DNA of 61,400 bases, counting the filler, from Sphacelaria rigidula (lineage: Eukaryota): assembly GCA_964200075.2 (NCBI GenBank). It is 11 parts of 11 records of this genome, joined end to end, with 100 filler letters (N's around TTAATTAATTAA, not from the genome) between each part and the next. Parts side by side here need not be neighbours in the genome. Positions count along the whole stretch, not along the records: positions 39,139 to 44,629 come from CAXNAA020026896.1; positions 44,730 to 50,220 come from CAXNAA020026897.1; positions 50,321 to 55,810 come from CAXNAA020026898.1; 8 more parts are not named here. One strand, 5' to 3'. The notes beneath the pieces are model-generated. The model worked only from the letters and a program-made list of their open reading frames with translations. It ran no database searches and was not told the origin of the DNA. This document shows, piece by piece, positions 39,383 to 53,550 of this stretch (position 1 is the stretch's first letter; the number at the start of each line of letters is the position of its first letter). The translations under genes were made by a program, and so were the position numbers.

Positions 39383-41469
39383 AGCCACCGGGGCGACCGA
39401 CCGCTTCTACTGGGTATTGCTTCTATTTTCGTCAATATTTTGAAGACAGAGAGACACATACTACTGGCAAGAGACGAGGCTTTCACACAGCAAGGCCAAA
39501 GTTTTGATTTTGTTTCGTGAAAAAGTCTGCGTTCCTTCTGCGGTGCTTGCCTTCCCTTTTATTCGTGAAAAGGCTTCTTCAGAGGTCCCTTTCCATCTAT
39601 GTGTGTGTTGTCATTCCACCTTTTCTGGGCGCCAGTCTGCTCCTTTCGGTATATGTGGGCGCATCAGCCGGGGTCACACAGAAGGAAGGCCAACACAAGA
39701 GCCTTTTTTCTTTCCTCCTCGTACTCCACCTTTCTTCTGCGGTGCTTGCCTTATATTTCATTGCTAGAGGGGTCCAGCAATACCTTTCCCTCGTCGACCC
39801 TGGAGTCGAATTTTTTAACTCTTGTGTACCCCCGACAGAGTCGCTCTCCACTGTTGGGCATTGTGTGAGAAAAATCCCAGACCATGTGACCGCACTGAGA
39901 TTCGAACCCACAACACAACCTTTAGAAGGTTCCGAGGTCACCAGTTGAGCTACGGAGGCAACCGGCTTGCATACGGTGTGAGGAAAGTCCACACCCTGGA
40001 GAACGTATGGCAATATCAAGGAGTGCACGGCGTACAGACAACAGTGTCGACTATTGCGTCTATTGTAAATACACAAGCAAAGGAAATCGCTCATGTTGGG
40101 ACGGTGCGGTGCCGCTGAATCTGTGGCACACGCTCATGGGCTGCCAATATCCAAACACCACGCCACATGATTGTTCCTGATCCAGAGAGGTTCCTCCGCA
40201 ACCGTCTTCATTTGAGATTGCTTACAGTATCAACTTTCCCAATACAGAGATGTTTATCCGTAGTTAGTTGTCTTGATTTGAAAGTATGTACACACACACT
40301 GACACACATGAGAGAGCCGCGAGTATCCCTCGCCAAGGTTATGCAGCTAGCTGTGTACTTGCCTGTACTACTGTCGAACCGTAACCCTCACCCTCACCCC
40401 AACAAAGGCAAACTGAGAACCTTCGGGCAAGGTGGTTGAAGGTCTTGCTAGTCTCTACACAGTGCTCTTTCTTTCGACAATCCGTGAGGTGGTGGATGAG
40501 GGCTAGCCGTGTTTGTGCAACAAAATTCACTGAAAGATGCAGTCGTAGACTGTCTTATTTCCAAGGGCGGATATTTTGGTTCGGAGGTGGTAGGTATTAC
40601 ATACAGTACAAGTACAGTGTACAGAGGAACATGAATATATCCATAAGAGAGTATAGAGTTCAACATTCCACCTTACTCGTACACAGCGCAGTTGGGTAAA
40701 TAGATAAGGGCGGAGCGCACACATCACACTACGCTCTAGCAGCGCACGTACGTCGAACCCCCCGTTATCGGCCGATGGGTGTCCGGTTTAGCTGTACAGT
40801 GCTTTGTTATGCTTACAAAAAATCACTGAATTACTGTGCATCACTGTCTCTGAGTGCTGTGCACTGCGCTTCAAATCTGGGAAGGGGAGCGACCCCCATT
40901 CGAGGGAATGTCCGGTGCTCAGCACACAATATACAAATCACTTTCAAACCCAAGGCGGGAACAACCACCCGGCAGTAAGATGACAAAGCGTTCGACAGCA
41001 GCGCACTACGCTTTTCCCACCAGTCACAAGCGTACATAGCAGTGTGTTCTACTGCGTTCTAGCAGCGCATGTGCGTCGGACCCCCTGTTGTTGGGCGATG
41101 GGTGCCCACGTTAGGTGACAGTAAAGTGTTTTGCGATGCTAACAAAAAACGCTAAATTGCTGTGCACGGGTGCATTGTGTCGTATCTGTAGTGTCCAGAC
41201 TACACGGTTTTCAAATTCTACGGGTATTCATAGAATTTGACCGTTTACAGCGAAGCTCTCTTCGGCCTGGTTCTACAGGACGTCAGAGAGGAGTGAGTCT
41301 GGTACAAGATGTTGTTCCGATAAGGATCATTTGTGTCTTGGCTACAGTATGGGTAAACCGGACACCCTCGTACTCGTTGTCAGTTTGGAAGCTGGCGACA
41401 TTACGCTATTAATAAATAAGAAGATACGATGATGATTATGACTAATATGATTACGATTATTCTGATTAT

Positions 41470-41508
<39 letters not shown>

Positions 41509-41546
41509 CGTTGTTGTTGTTGTAATTATTTTTGTTGTCGTCGTTT

Positions 41547-41577
<31 letters not shown>

Positions 41578-43045
41578 CGTTGTCGCTGTCGTTATTATAA
41601 GTATGATCAAATATATTATTGGCGTAAATACCTCTCCGCTTGGTACTGGAATCAAGTAAGTGGTGTCATTTTGGGGTTCACACTTTATCCAAACCATCGA
41701 ATGATCCTTCTCGGAACAGTATTTTACACCAGACGCACGCACTGTCACTCTTCTCGATCGCCCTGCATAAGCAGGCCGAAAGATCTTCGGTGGTGGACGG
41801 TCAAGTTGTATCTATACCCATAGAATTTGAAAAACCGGTTGTTTGGACACTACACACACGACGCACTGCACCCATATACAGCAATTCAGTGTTTTCCGTC
41901 AGCATCGCAAAGCGCTGTACTGTCACCAAACCTGGACACCCATCGCCCAACAACAGGGGGTCCGACGCACGTGCGCTGCTAGAACGCAGTAAAACGCACT
42001 GCCATGTACGCTGGTGACTGGTGGGAAAAGCGTAGTGCGCTGCTGTCGAGCGCTTTGTCATCTTACTGCCGGATGGTTGTTCCCGCCTTGGGTTTGAAAG
42101 TGATTTGTATATTGTGTGCTGAGCGCCGGACGTTCCCTGTGAAGCACACTGCACAGCCCCGAGGGACAGTGATGCACAGCAATTCAGTGTTTTTTGTCAG
42201 CATAACAAGCACTGTACAGCTAACCTGTGCATCCATCGGCCAATAACGGGGAGTTCGACGTACGTGCGCTGCTAGAACGTAGTGCCATGTGTGCTCTCCG
42301 CCCTCATCCATTTACCCAACTGCACTGTGTAGCAGTACGGTGGTTGTTTGTGGATATGTTCCCCTGTACGCGGTACTGTATGTAATACCCACCACCTCCG
42401 AACCAAAATAGGCGCCCATGCAAATAAGACGGCCCACGACTCCATCTCCAGTAAATTTTGTTTCACGAACACGGCTAGCTCTCATCCACCACCTCACGGA
42501 TTGCCGAAAGTGTGTTTGTGTGTGTGTGTTCGTGTGTTTGTGTGCGTGCGTGCGTGTTTGTGTACATAGATTTAAATCAAGACAACTACGGACAAACATA
42601 TCTGTATTGGAAACATCGATACTGTATGCACTCTCGAATGAAGACGACTGCGGAAAAACACCGCAAAAGGAAGGTGGGGTACTTGAAGCACCGTAGAAGG
42701 AAGGTGGGGTACTTGAAACAAATATAAGAAAAAGCTCTCTTGTTGGCCTTCCTCCTGTGTGACCCCGGCTGATGCGCCCACATTTACCGAAAGGTGCAGA
42801 CTGGTGTCCAGAATAGATGGGATAACACACACACACAGAGGGAAAGGGACCCCTGAGGAACCCTTCTCACGAATAAACGGGAAGGCAAGCACCGCGGAAG
42901 GAACGCGGACTTCACAAAACAAAATTTAAACTCTCGCCTTGCTGTGTGAAAGTCTCCTGTCTTGTCAGTACGTGTCTCTCTGTCTTCAAATTATAACGAA
43001 AATAAGAACAAGACCCAGTAGTAGTGGTCGGTCGCCCCGTTGGCT
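39383..43045. repeat. Long imperfect inverted repeat (arms 39383-41244 and 41797-43045) around a ~550-bp spacer with a (GTT/GTC)n microsatellite
   Basis: Example: gatgacaaagcgttcgacagcagcgcactacgcttttcccaccagtcac (40980) versus gtgactggtgggaaaagcgtagtgcgctgctgtcgagcgctttgtcatc (42014). Homology continues out to gccaccggggcgaccgacc / ggtcggtcgccccgttggc. Confidence 0.85.
41470..41595 (+). repeat. (GTT/GTC)n microsatellite
   Basis: Read directly. Confidence 0.95.
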
Positions 43046-43260
43046 GAATTCTTAACCTCGAATCCTTCTGACGGTTGGGTCGTTGGTTCGAACCTCGACG
43101 AAGTCACACGAACTGGAATTTGTGCCACACAATACCCCACAGTGCAAAGCGACTATGTCGTGGGTATCCGAAGTTTGATTGCATGGTCGACGAGGGAAAG
43201 GGACTGCTGAATCCCTCTCGCGACAAAAAAATGAGGCAAGCACCAGGGGGCAGCACGGAA
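43026..43260 (+). mobile_element. tRNA-derived SINE copy (5' part)
   Basis: ggtcgccccgttggctg...ctgacggttgggtcgttggttcgaacc (B box) followed by the conserved body. Confidence 0.7.
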
Positions 43261-44397
43261 AAATGTTTCGGACACGTAGCTCCCTCTCCCCAGAGGATAT
43301 TTTTTCGAAATTGGTAATGATTTTGTTTTTTGTCATTTTTGATGCAAGAAATCGATCAATAAACACTATTTTGATTTTTCTGTTACTGTTGTCACAAGAA
43401 GTTGATGAATAAACACAGACAAAAACCGAAAAATCTGGTGGGCTCTGCGGAGTTTGTATAGTTGCTTTTGCTCCTTTATATGTATTGATATAAATATGTG
43501 ACGTATACTTCCTTGAAGTATATTATAAGGAAACATATATACTGTGTATTATATATAATATAGTATACAGGGTTCCCCTTCGGGAGGTTGGTACCGGCCT
43601 CCCGGGGGTGACGCAAGTCGAAAGTGTAAAATGTAGTTCGTATGCCTTCTCAGTGCGCTGCAGAAGAAAGCGTGGGAGAAAATGCCTTGTTGGCAGGGAA
43701 AATTCGGCAAAAGTGGTGAAAAATGCGAAATGATACATGTACATGATATACATGGGTCGAATGAACAGAGAAGAAGCGCGCGAGTCATCGCTTTGTTCGC
43801 GACGATTGAGCAGGTATTTACTGCCCTCCGCGAAAAATTAAGAGACCTGGACAAATAAACACAACTGATGAAGGAGCCTCCAATTACATAGAACAATGTT
43901 TTCGTGAGATTGAATGTAGAGGATACGATTGAGAGTGAGAAGCGGTCAATGAATGAATAAATCGTTTCAGTTCCGAAATACCCCTCCGCGAGGCCCGATA
44001 TGCTTTCTGTAGTAGCATGCCACTGACTCCCTTGATATCCCTGAGTAGGATATGGATGTGTAACTATAAGCACAAGCCAGTGATGGAGGCAAACAAAAGC
44101 ACGCACGGAATAAAAAAACGGGCAAATTAGATGGAATGACCAAAGCCACTCTCAATCAGCGCTCTACTCTCAATCTCACGTTGTTACAGGTCACGTACGA
44201 CTTTGAATGCACACCTTTGACCACAATTCACCCATCATATCATACATCCGCATTTTCCAATGTGATGATTGGTACTCGATTTTACTTCATTTCAGACTGA
44301 AGAAAGTTCTGAGGAAATCCATGATGTGGGGCAGGTGAGTAGTGATGAGAAGTAGACCCAGGTCGCCCAGAACGTGTTTTGGTCCAAAATCGGCTCG

Positions 44398-44489
44398 AAG
44401 GCGTCGATTTGAGCTCTCCAAAGGCGTCGATTTGTGCTTTCGAAAGGTGTCGATTTGAGCTCTCCAAAGGCGTCGATTTGAGCTCTCGC
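44398..44489 (+). repeat. 23-bp minisatellite x4
   Basis: aaggcgtcgatttgagctctcca and three variants in tandem. Confidence 0.9.
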
Positions 44490-47400
44490 AACGCACGCTT
44501 TACTTAGGGCCTTAGTTATCGTCAAATGAAAGAAATGGGGGAAGGCCTGAATTTCCGGCAATAGCCTAGGGCTCGTTATTATCTAGATCTACTGTTGCTG
44601 TTAGATATCTCATTACAGATGGTGCTCATNNNNNNNNNNNNNNNNNNNNNNNNNNNNNNNNNNNNNNNNNNNNTTAATTAATTAANNNNNNNNNNNNNNN
44701 NNNNNNNNNNNNNNNNNNNNNNNNNNNNNAACAGTTTCCGTTCCGAAATGCCCCCCCCCCCCAGGCGTAAAAATGCTATGTGCAGTATCTCGCCAACCAG
44801 ACCGCCGAAATACTCGAATGGGGTACTATATGGTAGCTGCATGCACAGCACGTGTGCTCAAGCAAAAAAAAAGGAAAAAACGCTCCCTGTTCGGAACGCT
44901 AGATCATCCACTCGGAATCTGAAACTACCCTCTGAATCTCACGAATGAAGTCTTCCGAGCTCATCACGGTGAGAAACCCAATTCAGCAATAATATTTTGG
45001 CTTTCGCCTCTCATGTGCGCCTGAGGCTTCGCTTAATTCCGATTTTTGCGCCTAAATTCTGTGTTTTTTAGAGACGCTTATTTTGGGTTATGAAAGGCCT
45101 AGTGGGCATATCATGCGCAGAAGTTGCACTTATTGCCTATGCGCCGCCTGCCGCCACTGTGCAGACTCCCTTAGAGGTGTTCCATGTGTTTATGTGGCAC
45201 GACAGAACCGCATGTAGACTGGGTTGGATAATGCCATCTCAGACATTTCTTCAATGAAATTTGTTGGGATCAGGACCTCCCGTCCAAAACCCAACTGAAA
45301 AAATGCGTGTGAGCACGCCACCGTGGGCAAAGAATGCACCTGAGATGTCTTTCCTTCATCAATCTATCGGTCCTAACTTCAATCCCTCGATGATTAACAT
45401 CTGGGCCGGAATGGCAACCCCCAACCCCCCTCCCGCTCTGAACGTCCATTACAAATGATTGCACAATTCAAAGGAAACGGTAAGTACGTAGCAGACAAGA
45501 CGAATTAAATGAGTGTATGCAGCAGAAACAACTATAAAGAGGACCGACGGAGTATCGAACTCCAGCCAGCACGAGTCAACGTTGAGCACGACGGAAAACT
45601 CCCACTTCGATCTGTCATCCTCCGGCGGTGCCGTGGATGATGACCTTTTTTCTCTCGAGATGATGGACATGATACATTCTGTATGATGTAGACTTGACGG
45701 TATGAAAGTAGTACGATCAGGTGCCAGGGTGTTGCAGCAGGCAAGAGTATTTACGATACAGGCCATGGATTTTGCGAGCAGTACGACATTACAACTATAG
45801 GTTATACTTCGCAAACATGGTACAGCTGTAGTCTGTATTTGTTATCTTTTGTACTACTCCATGTCCGAGTACAGGCTTTACTCTGCCAGGTTACAGCACG
45901 GGTTGTACTCGCGAGCACAGTAGGTAGCTGTGCTTTGCCAATAGAACACAGTATTATACCGTCTTCGTATGCAGCTGCTCATCTATGGCAGTGGATGCAG
46001 ATGCAAAGGATGTGGCTACTGACTACTACCTGCACCACGGTACTACACGTGAAGGCTTCACTTTGTTTGCACACATGCGTAACGGGCAGCTAATTAAAAA
46101 CATGTGGGCTCCCGAGTCAAAAATAACAACGCGGGATCGGTCATGATCACTGGATACTGGAAACAAGGATCCACGTATATAAGTGGATATAAGTTTTTGA
46201 GCCCGCAGTCAAGTGCACGCCAAGTCAGTATAGTATGGAACAGTATGTCTTCGACGAGCACCTTTCAGTTTCCGTCGTTGCATGCACCCTGTTGATGTCT
46301 CTGCTTCGTGTTCCCAACAACACTACAGACAGTGTGAAGCTATTCTGGCAACGCGAGGAGGGCCAGGTACACCCGAACGACTGCGAGCGGAGTCTTTACT
46401 TCTGAAAACAAATGGTTGACTTCTTGAGCTCTCCGGCTGTTCGTATAACCTCCCCTAATATCTTGAAACCCGCGAATGTTCCTGGACTGTCAGCCGATTA
46501 AACTGTCCCGAGGCGGACCACGGTCGCATTACAGTAAACCTGGATACAGTCGTAGATTTCAAGATTCAAACCTGTACCGGTTGTTTTCGCTGGGTACGAC
46601 CGCAAGAAACAGTGAGTCGGTATGTGTTGGCCGCCGCTACAATAAATCACGGTTACAGCAGGCTGTGGTAGCACACATTTTTGGTCTATTTTGACGTCGC
46701 GCTCGCCTACTACAGTACCGCCGTATGTTGTGAAATCTTCATGATAATATGTTCGCTTTGCTACACGACAGCGGTCGTCACACATCTGCCCCAACATGGC
46801 GACGAGATATACGATACTGTACTCACGTGGTTCTCGACACCGATGAAGCACCGGGTTCCTCCTGGCGTTCTCAACGAGGTTCTTCGACACAGCAAACGCT
46901 CTTGTGAAGAAACGATTACACACCAAGCCGTCAGAAACATACATCGACCCCATGTTTACCGGGTTTCTGGTACGGCACGTGCTCTCCTTCTTTTGGAGTC
47001 AAGCCGCCCGTATGCCCACATGATTCGATGCTCCGCTCCGTGGGTTCAACCGAGGTCGCGAACACGAGGCGGCCCGCCTCTGTAATAGGGATAAACGCAC
47101 TCCCCACACTAACTCCTCTGGTGAGTGGGTGTTTGAGAATAGGCGATGCCAATACGTTTATGACAGCATGGGCGGGCTGGTCCTGTTTGGACAGCAACGA
47201 TGAAGTTGGCGTTGTTCCGCGTTTGGATCAATCTTTCCGAGACCATGACTCAACATGCCCTGACCGTCAGAATGTCGCGACACATATCCTGTGATCCTTA
47301 GTGCAAGTGGCCATGTGCACCCGAAGCGTGATCAGAGAATGGGACACATGTCGACAAATACCGGAATATTTAGGTATTTTCACCTGCCTGACTGGTGGGA

Positions 47401-50386
47401 TTGTTTTAGCGGTATAGCACCTGACACGCGGCAAATTGGTCACGATTATACCGAACGTAGAGCTCGTAAGAAAGATACCGTTGTACTAGCTACAAAGTTA
47501 GGTGTTATCGAAGAACATGCCTCATCAGTACTCATGCGAGAGTGATATGACCCAGATACGTGGTCGAATTACGAGTACAGGTGGCTTTGTGGGTAACATG
47601 TACCGATCGTGACCTTCAACTAACCGCAATATTAGGATGTCGTCGCTGGCCCTCGCTCTATCCCCCTCCCCCACGCCCCAACCCTCCCTTACACAATCCA
47701 CTGCACCGTCGCCTACAGCCTGCATCCCACAACCGTGAAGAAGCAGGCGTTGCTGCTGCCTGCCTGCCTTCGAACAGCTTTCAACGATGTCGGTGAGACT
47801 ATGTCTCCCCGCAACACGTACGACAAGCTTTACGTACGGGTTGGAAGATCTCCAGCTGTTCGTGTGGGACTATATATCGTCCGTGGATAAGACGATATCA
47901 GAGACAGGAGAAAGCCTGCCGGCTGAAGAACAGGAAGGTGATGCCTTGAAGGAACTCGAGGCGGTCTACAAGGTGAAGACTTTCACGGCCCTCGGAGCTG
48001 GTGCGTTACTCCCCGTCGATAGTTGACTTTATTCTTGGAAAGTCGAGTCATATGTTCGCTGTCGCGAGCTGACCGGTGACCGGCCTCGATGCTCGGGCAC
48101 GGAAGTCAACTGTATATTTTCCGGTAGTACTGGTTGTGGAGTGTAAAACACTACTGCCTGTATACAGCTGCACAGACTTGCTGCCGGCCGTCCCTTATTT
48201 TGTATCGCAGTTCATACTTGACATACCAGAGATCTTGCCCTCACCGCCGTTCGCAGATGACACAAAGAGGGAGTCGTTGCCTCTTCATATCCATGGAGGT
48301 TCACCAACAAGGGCGACGCTGCTCTTGGTGTTGGGGTCGAGAGTACGCAGCTGCTGGAGATCGCCCTCCAAGGCGGGCGCCGTATCGAGCTCCTTCTCTC
48401 AGATGCCAGTCTCTCCATCGTGGTGGATGATCGCACGGTGACGACGTTCCGAAACGTATTCTCATCTGGGCTCTTCAAGGTACAGGGAGCGACACCACGG
48501 CTAGGCGGTAAACATACGAAAATGAAGGTCGTCTTCCCTGATTGCCGTAGCGGCGGGTCTTTATGCAGGTGTAACAGGCTTTCGTTTTTGAGAGGTGTCA
48601 TGAACTCTCACCAATCTTGACAACTGTCGCTGGGCTCGTTTTCACCCTCTATTTCTCGACAGCACGATATCGGCGGCGCAGTGTATGTGGGCCCAGGGTT
48701 GCTCCCGTCGAAGCTGCCGGCCAACACGACCCCGCCAGCATTACTGACTCCTGCCGTCGGTCCTTCTACTGAAGAGGTCATGAAGACCGCCGCGCAGCCG
48801 TTTGGATACACAGTGGAGATGAGAGTGCTTCGGGCGACCCGAACGGTGTTCATATCGAGTCTTGTTCACTTGCTTCTTGGCCGTTTTAGGGTCGCACAGT
48901 GAGGACAAGTGGTGATCAGGCTAGCGGGCACCTACGCACCAGTTTTAGTCTTTTCGCATATTTCTTGACGCATTTGCGAGTCAAATATAATTTCCCTGTA
49001 CCATACAAGAGGATACCCTGAACTAAACGGGCCCTGCACCTTGCCCGGATTTTGGTCCGATCTTTGTCTTATATTTTTGGTCAATTTTCGGTTGAAAGCA
49101 TATTTTGTCGTCATTCAGTGCTCGGTTCGTATGAATGAAAACAAATAATCGAGCCCGAAAATGGCAGCACACCCCCCTTTCTAAACTCCAGAGAGAAACA
49201 ACATTATAAAAACACAACGAACGATAATCACAATCGCGAATCAATCACTAGTTTTACATATTACCGTGTGTTGGACCCCACTGCCTTCTTCACTGACAAA
49301 CCTTGCTGGTAAAACCAGCGCTGTTTCGGCTCGACAACGGCCAAAACCTTCTACGAGTGCTTCGAAATAGTAGAATAAGTGCGATGCTTGGGTATATTTC
49401 GACCTATCTCAAGTAAAGAACTTCTTATTCTATCTTTACGTCGGCTGAGTCTGCCCTCTAACTTCGTAACGAACCCATCTGTAAAGCCGTCACAACGACC
49501 ATTATACCCAGACAACGTATTGCGCTTCAGTGGCCTTGATTATGGGACGGGCGTGTGAGAAGGCCATCACTCGGGGGTCGTCTTGTCACCTCCCACCTTT
49601 CTAGTCGCGACGCGGAGATTTCGAAGGAAACCGGCACGGCATGCCAGACAGAATGCGTATCGCGCTTCGAATCCTTCCTTTGGGATCATGCAGGGTGTGT
49701 ATCGCTGAGAATCTGAGGGGTGGGGTTTGTCGCGGGATCTCGTACCATCGTTTTTACACGTCTACAGTGAATGCTTGACGTGTACTATACAATATTGCTT
49801 CCTCTTTCGCGACGTGACTAGGAACCGCGTCTCGCGCATTTACCTCCGCCGCGCGTGCAATCCAATTTGGTCATAGTTTTCGAGTCTAGATCAGGTCAAC
49901 AGGCTGCACGTGATCGCGAAGCAAGGCCAAGACGTCGTCTATCCGGACATTCCGGTCTGGGGGAAGTACGAAATAAACGACCCTCCGGAGGACGCCCTTC
50001 ATTCTATCGACCATGTTGTAGAAGAGCAGTCTATTCCCCTTTTTTTTGGTAGCTACCAACAAACAATTGAGGAAACTATTGGAGCCTCGCAAGGAGACGT
50101 GTAAAGCATAGGCGGCGTTATACCTAGAAGCGGCGGAGACATGCCCATTTTTCTACCTCACGTGGGAAGCAACGGTCGATGATGAGGCCATAGACATTTG
50201 TCGCAGATTCCCCATGTATANNNNNNNNNNNNNNNNNNNNNNNNNNNNNNNNNNNNNNNNNNNNTTAATTAATTAANNNNNNNNNNNNNNNNNNNNNNNN
50301 NNNNNNNNNNNNNNNNNNNNCCCTCCTACTCAACCATCAGAAGGCCACGAGGTTACCAACTGAGCCACCGGGGCGACCGGCTGTAG

Positions 50387-50565
50387 CTAGTTGCGTGCAA
50401 ACAACTACTCGGTCAGGATTCTGTGCAACTGCCGTAGTTGCACGCACAGAACTACTCCGGTCAGAGACCTCTGCAACTAGATGCGTGCACACAACTACTC
50501 AGTCGGAAACGTGTGGAACTAGTTGCATGCAAATAACCACTCGGTCAGAAAATTCCGCAACTGCC
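50387..50565 (+). repeat. ~42-47-bp minisatellite x4
   Basis: tagttgcgtgcaaacaactactcggtcag-N8-gcaac units, each with an internal tagttg...caacta inverted pair. Confidence 0.75.
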
Positions 50566-51526
50566 TAATCAAGCAAGCAACCACTTGTACCTGGAATGAG
50601 TGCTTCAAACACGAGCTGGGCCAGCTTAAAAAGCGGCTAAAAGTTTCTCACGCCACAGCTTTCTCAGTTTCCCGAATGAGCCCGATTTAAGCATATCACT
50701 GTGAACTGGAGACCCACCTGATGACAAAGGACTGCGTCGCTGTTCGATTGGCGTCGTATTGCCGATGTCGTTGTTGTACTGCATAGAGTACGGGGTGCGC
50801 CTCATATCGTTGGGCAATAGCGTGTCGGAGTGCTTGTTTTTTTTGTGCGGTGGGTTCAGGTCAGCACTCGCCCCGCACTGGGTACTAGTGGGGTGCAGCA
50901 GCGTCACGCAAAACGTTGCACGCACGGCCCAATCCGACGACTCTTGAGCTGAACTTTCAGGAAGACCGTCTGCACCCAAGGAAATGATCCGTCCCGTGAG
51001 CAGCTGCAGATTCTCATTTTTTTGCTGGACTATTCAAATCTCTATAGCTTCCTGTCCTTTTCTTGTTTTCTTTGCTGCTCACGTGGTGTTCTTTCTGCAT
51101 GTCGATCATAATTAGCTGCTGTCAAAATTTCATCGTTCAACTCCTAATATCGCGCCGTGCGTCGCCTGAGCGGGAAAACCACCTACTCTTGGCTGGCCCA
51201 GCTCGTAGCAGCAACAACGAAGAACTAGTCAGCTATTTGTCGTGCAGGGTTTCGTAGCCTTCGTCTTACTAGCTATTCTGTTTGTTTTTTTAATTGTCTT
51301 CTCCCGTACATGAACACAGCTTGTGATGGTCGTGCGATGCATTTTGCTTTGCGCGCTGTTTATGCTTGTTTCGATGCTTGCGTTCAGCCAAAGTGCCACA
51401 ATCAATCAGAATCAATATCAAAATCAATCATGTGATGCGCTTGTATATCTGTCCTTTTGTGTGCCTGTGTTTTTGTGTTCTGTGTTTGTGCATTCATGTT
51501 TGTCTCGCTGGTCTTGTTTTGTGCAG

Positions 51527-51688
51527 ATTTTCCCATGCCTGCAACAGCTGGTGATGGACAGCAGCGACCACGTCCGGCAAGCTTTGGCTTCAGTAATGAA
51601 TGACATGTCACCTGTTCTGGGCAGGGAAAGTACCATCAACCATCTCCTGCCCATGCTGTTGACCCTGCTCAGGGACACTAATCCAGAG
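51527..51688 (+). CDS. PPP2R1A: PP2A scaffold (A/PR65) subunit exon, HEAT repeats
   Basis: gtgcag|IFPCLQQLVMDSSDHVRQALASVMNDMSPVLGRESTINHLLPMLLTLLRDTNPE|gt matches PR65 ([54 protein letters not shown]). Confidence 0.93.
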
Positions 51689-53550
51689 GTCAGAGAGCGT
51701 GCTATTACCAATCTCAGGCTAGGCACGGGGAGGAGGGGGCGGGGGGGGGGGAGGCGTACTCATAATTTACTTGCCTTGGTTATTTGACCATTGACCATGC
51801 GTCCCCTTTGAGATGGAGCACTTTTCCTACGCCCGATAGAGGTACCTCGCCATTGCAGCGCTCATGGAGTTTTTTTCCTTCCATTAGATGAGAACCTTTT
51901 ACTTTTGTACTTTCCTCCCTATTTCGCCGTTTGTGGCCACCATGTGTCTCCTAGTATGGCGATCGTTTGCGGAGAGGGGGAGGGGAGTGTACTCATGATC
52001 ATGCATGCCATAGTCATAATCATGAGTACACCCCCCTCCCCCTCCCCGCAAATGATCGGAGGGGAGGAGGGGTGGGGGATGCTCTATCGGTTTCTGGTGT
52101 AGGGTGAGCTTGACATTGGGGTGGTGTTACTATAGTATACTGCAGTGCATACCGAGGACATCAATGGAACTGTTATTCGTGTATGCTTCTCCCATTAGAG
52201 TTAAACTGATTAATTATGAAATATTTGCCCTTTTGTCCCTGCCCGGTGTTTCCCCGTTGCCGTTGGAGAAGCTGTGATAGGTGTGACTACATCTCCGTTC
52301 TATCTGACTCGCAACTCGTGCTATGAGAAGACCGAAGCTGTTTGCACGTTATGGGTTCCATGGGGCTGTTGTTCACTTATCCTCTTTCCATCTTGTAAAG
52401 GGATATCTTCATTTGCCTATACGTTCGAAGTGCAGCTTACGTAGGAGTTCTCGGTATCTGTCGATTACTCGAATGGCTTTACACGAAAAAATGAAAAGCA
52501 GATGGAAAACAAGAACAAAAACACGAGCATATGCTGTTTTTCCAGTGCCGCCTCGTTTGATTATTTCGAAAAACCGCGAATGGCGAGTCGTTTGCGATAT
52601 GACACAAAGGATCCTTTTTCAGACAAGTGTTGAATGTCGATCTCACATCTATCTCTTCTTACGGTTTACCCCTCTACTACCTTGCACCACCACCCGCTCC
52701 CGTCAGCCCCTCACCTCTGAGTGTTTTTTTCCCTTGTAATTCTCACTACACTCTGCCTGTCTGTGTCTCCGCCTATCTAGCTGCCTCACGTCTGTCTAAA
52801 GTCTAATGTCTAATGTCTGTCTAAACATATATATATATATATATATATACTTCCTCTGTGCTATAAGTAAAGGTCCTTATGTTTACACAGACCTTTAGCG
52901 GTGTCCGATGCCGCCGGCGACCATTTTTTTAAATCTTTGGAGTTTTTTTTGTTAAAGTCCGTTTTTTTTTGTTGCACGCACCACCCCGCGTGCATGAGCG
53001 GCCGAGGAAAAACCAGTCGGCCTGAAAAAGGCCGTATTTTGCAGGTATTTTGCCCCCCTCCAGGGCGGGGCACTGACAAAAACAAGAGGAAAAAACCAAG
53101 AATTATCCCTGACCCCAAACCTAGCCCCCCCCCTCTACTCAACGACCCATGACGCGCCCCCCATACTAAAAACAGTATACTAGTGAACCCCCACACTAAA
53201 ACCAAGGCAATTCTCATAATAGTTCTCAAATATATCCCAGAAAACCCGCCAAAATTCCCAATATTCGACACACTATTTCTCAGTAATTACGAATCGGATT
53301 CAACTTCTTTTTTTTAAAGAGGTATCCTCAAATCCATAGCTTTTCAACAAGCCTATCGGTAGTAGCGTGAGTGACTAGGTTGGCGAGATATGATTTGTAC
53401 TCCGTAAGGACCTTTACTTATGGCACAGAGGAAGTATATATATATATATATATATACTTATTTCGCTTTGTGCCCCCCTGTCTTCCACCCCCCCCTACCC
53501 GCCTCCTCTCTCCGACCCCCATTATTGATGGTATTGGGATTGTATCGCAG

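Noticed and set aside
41401..41748. Poly-Thr / poly-Val ORFs
   Set aside because: Translations of the (GTT)n microsatellite.
44398..44489. 23-bp repeats as CRISPR or iterons
   Set aside because: Head-to-tail with no spacers; a simple minisatellite.
50387..50565. CRISPR-like repeats with variable spacers
   Set aside because: Variable parts are only ~8-13 nt, repeats are degenerate, context is eukaryotic and no cas genes are seen; this is a minisatellite.
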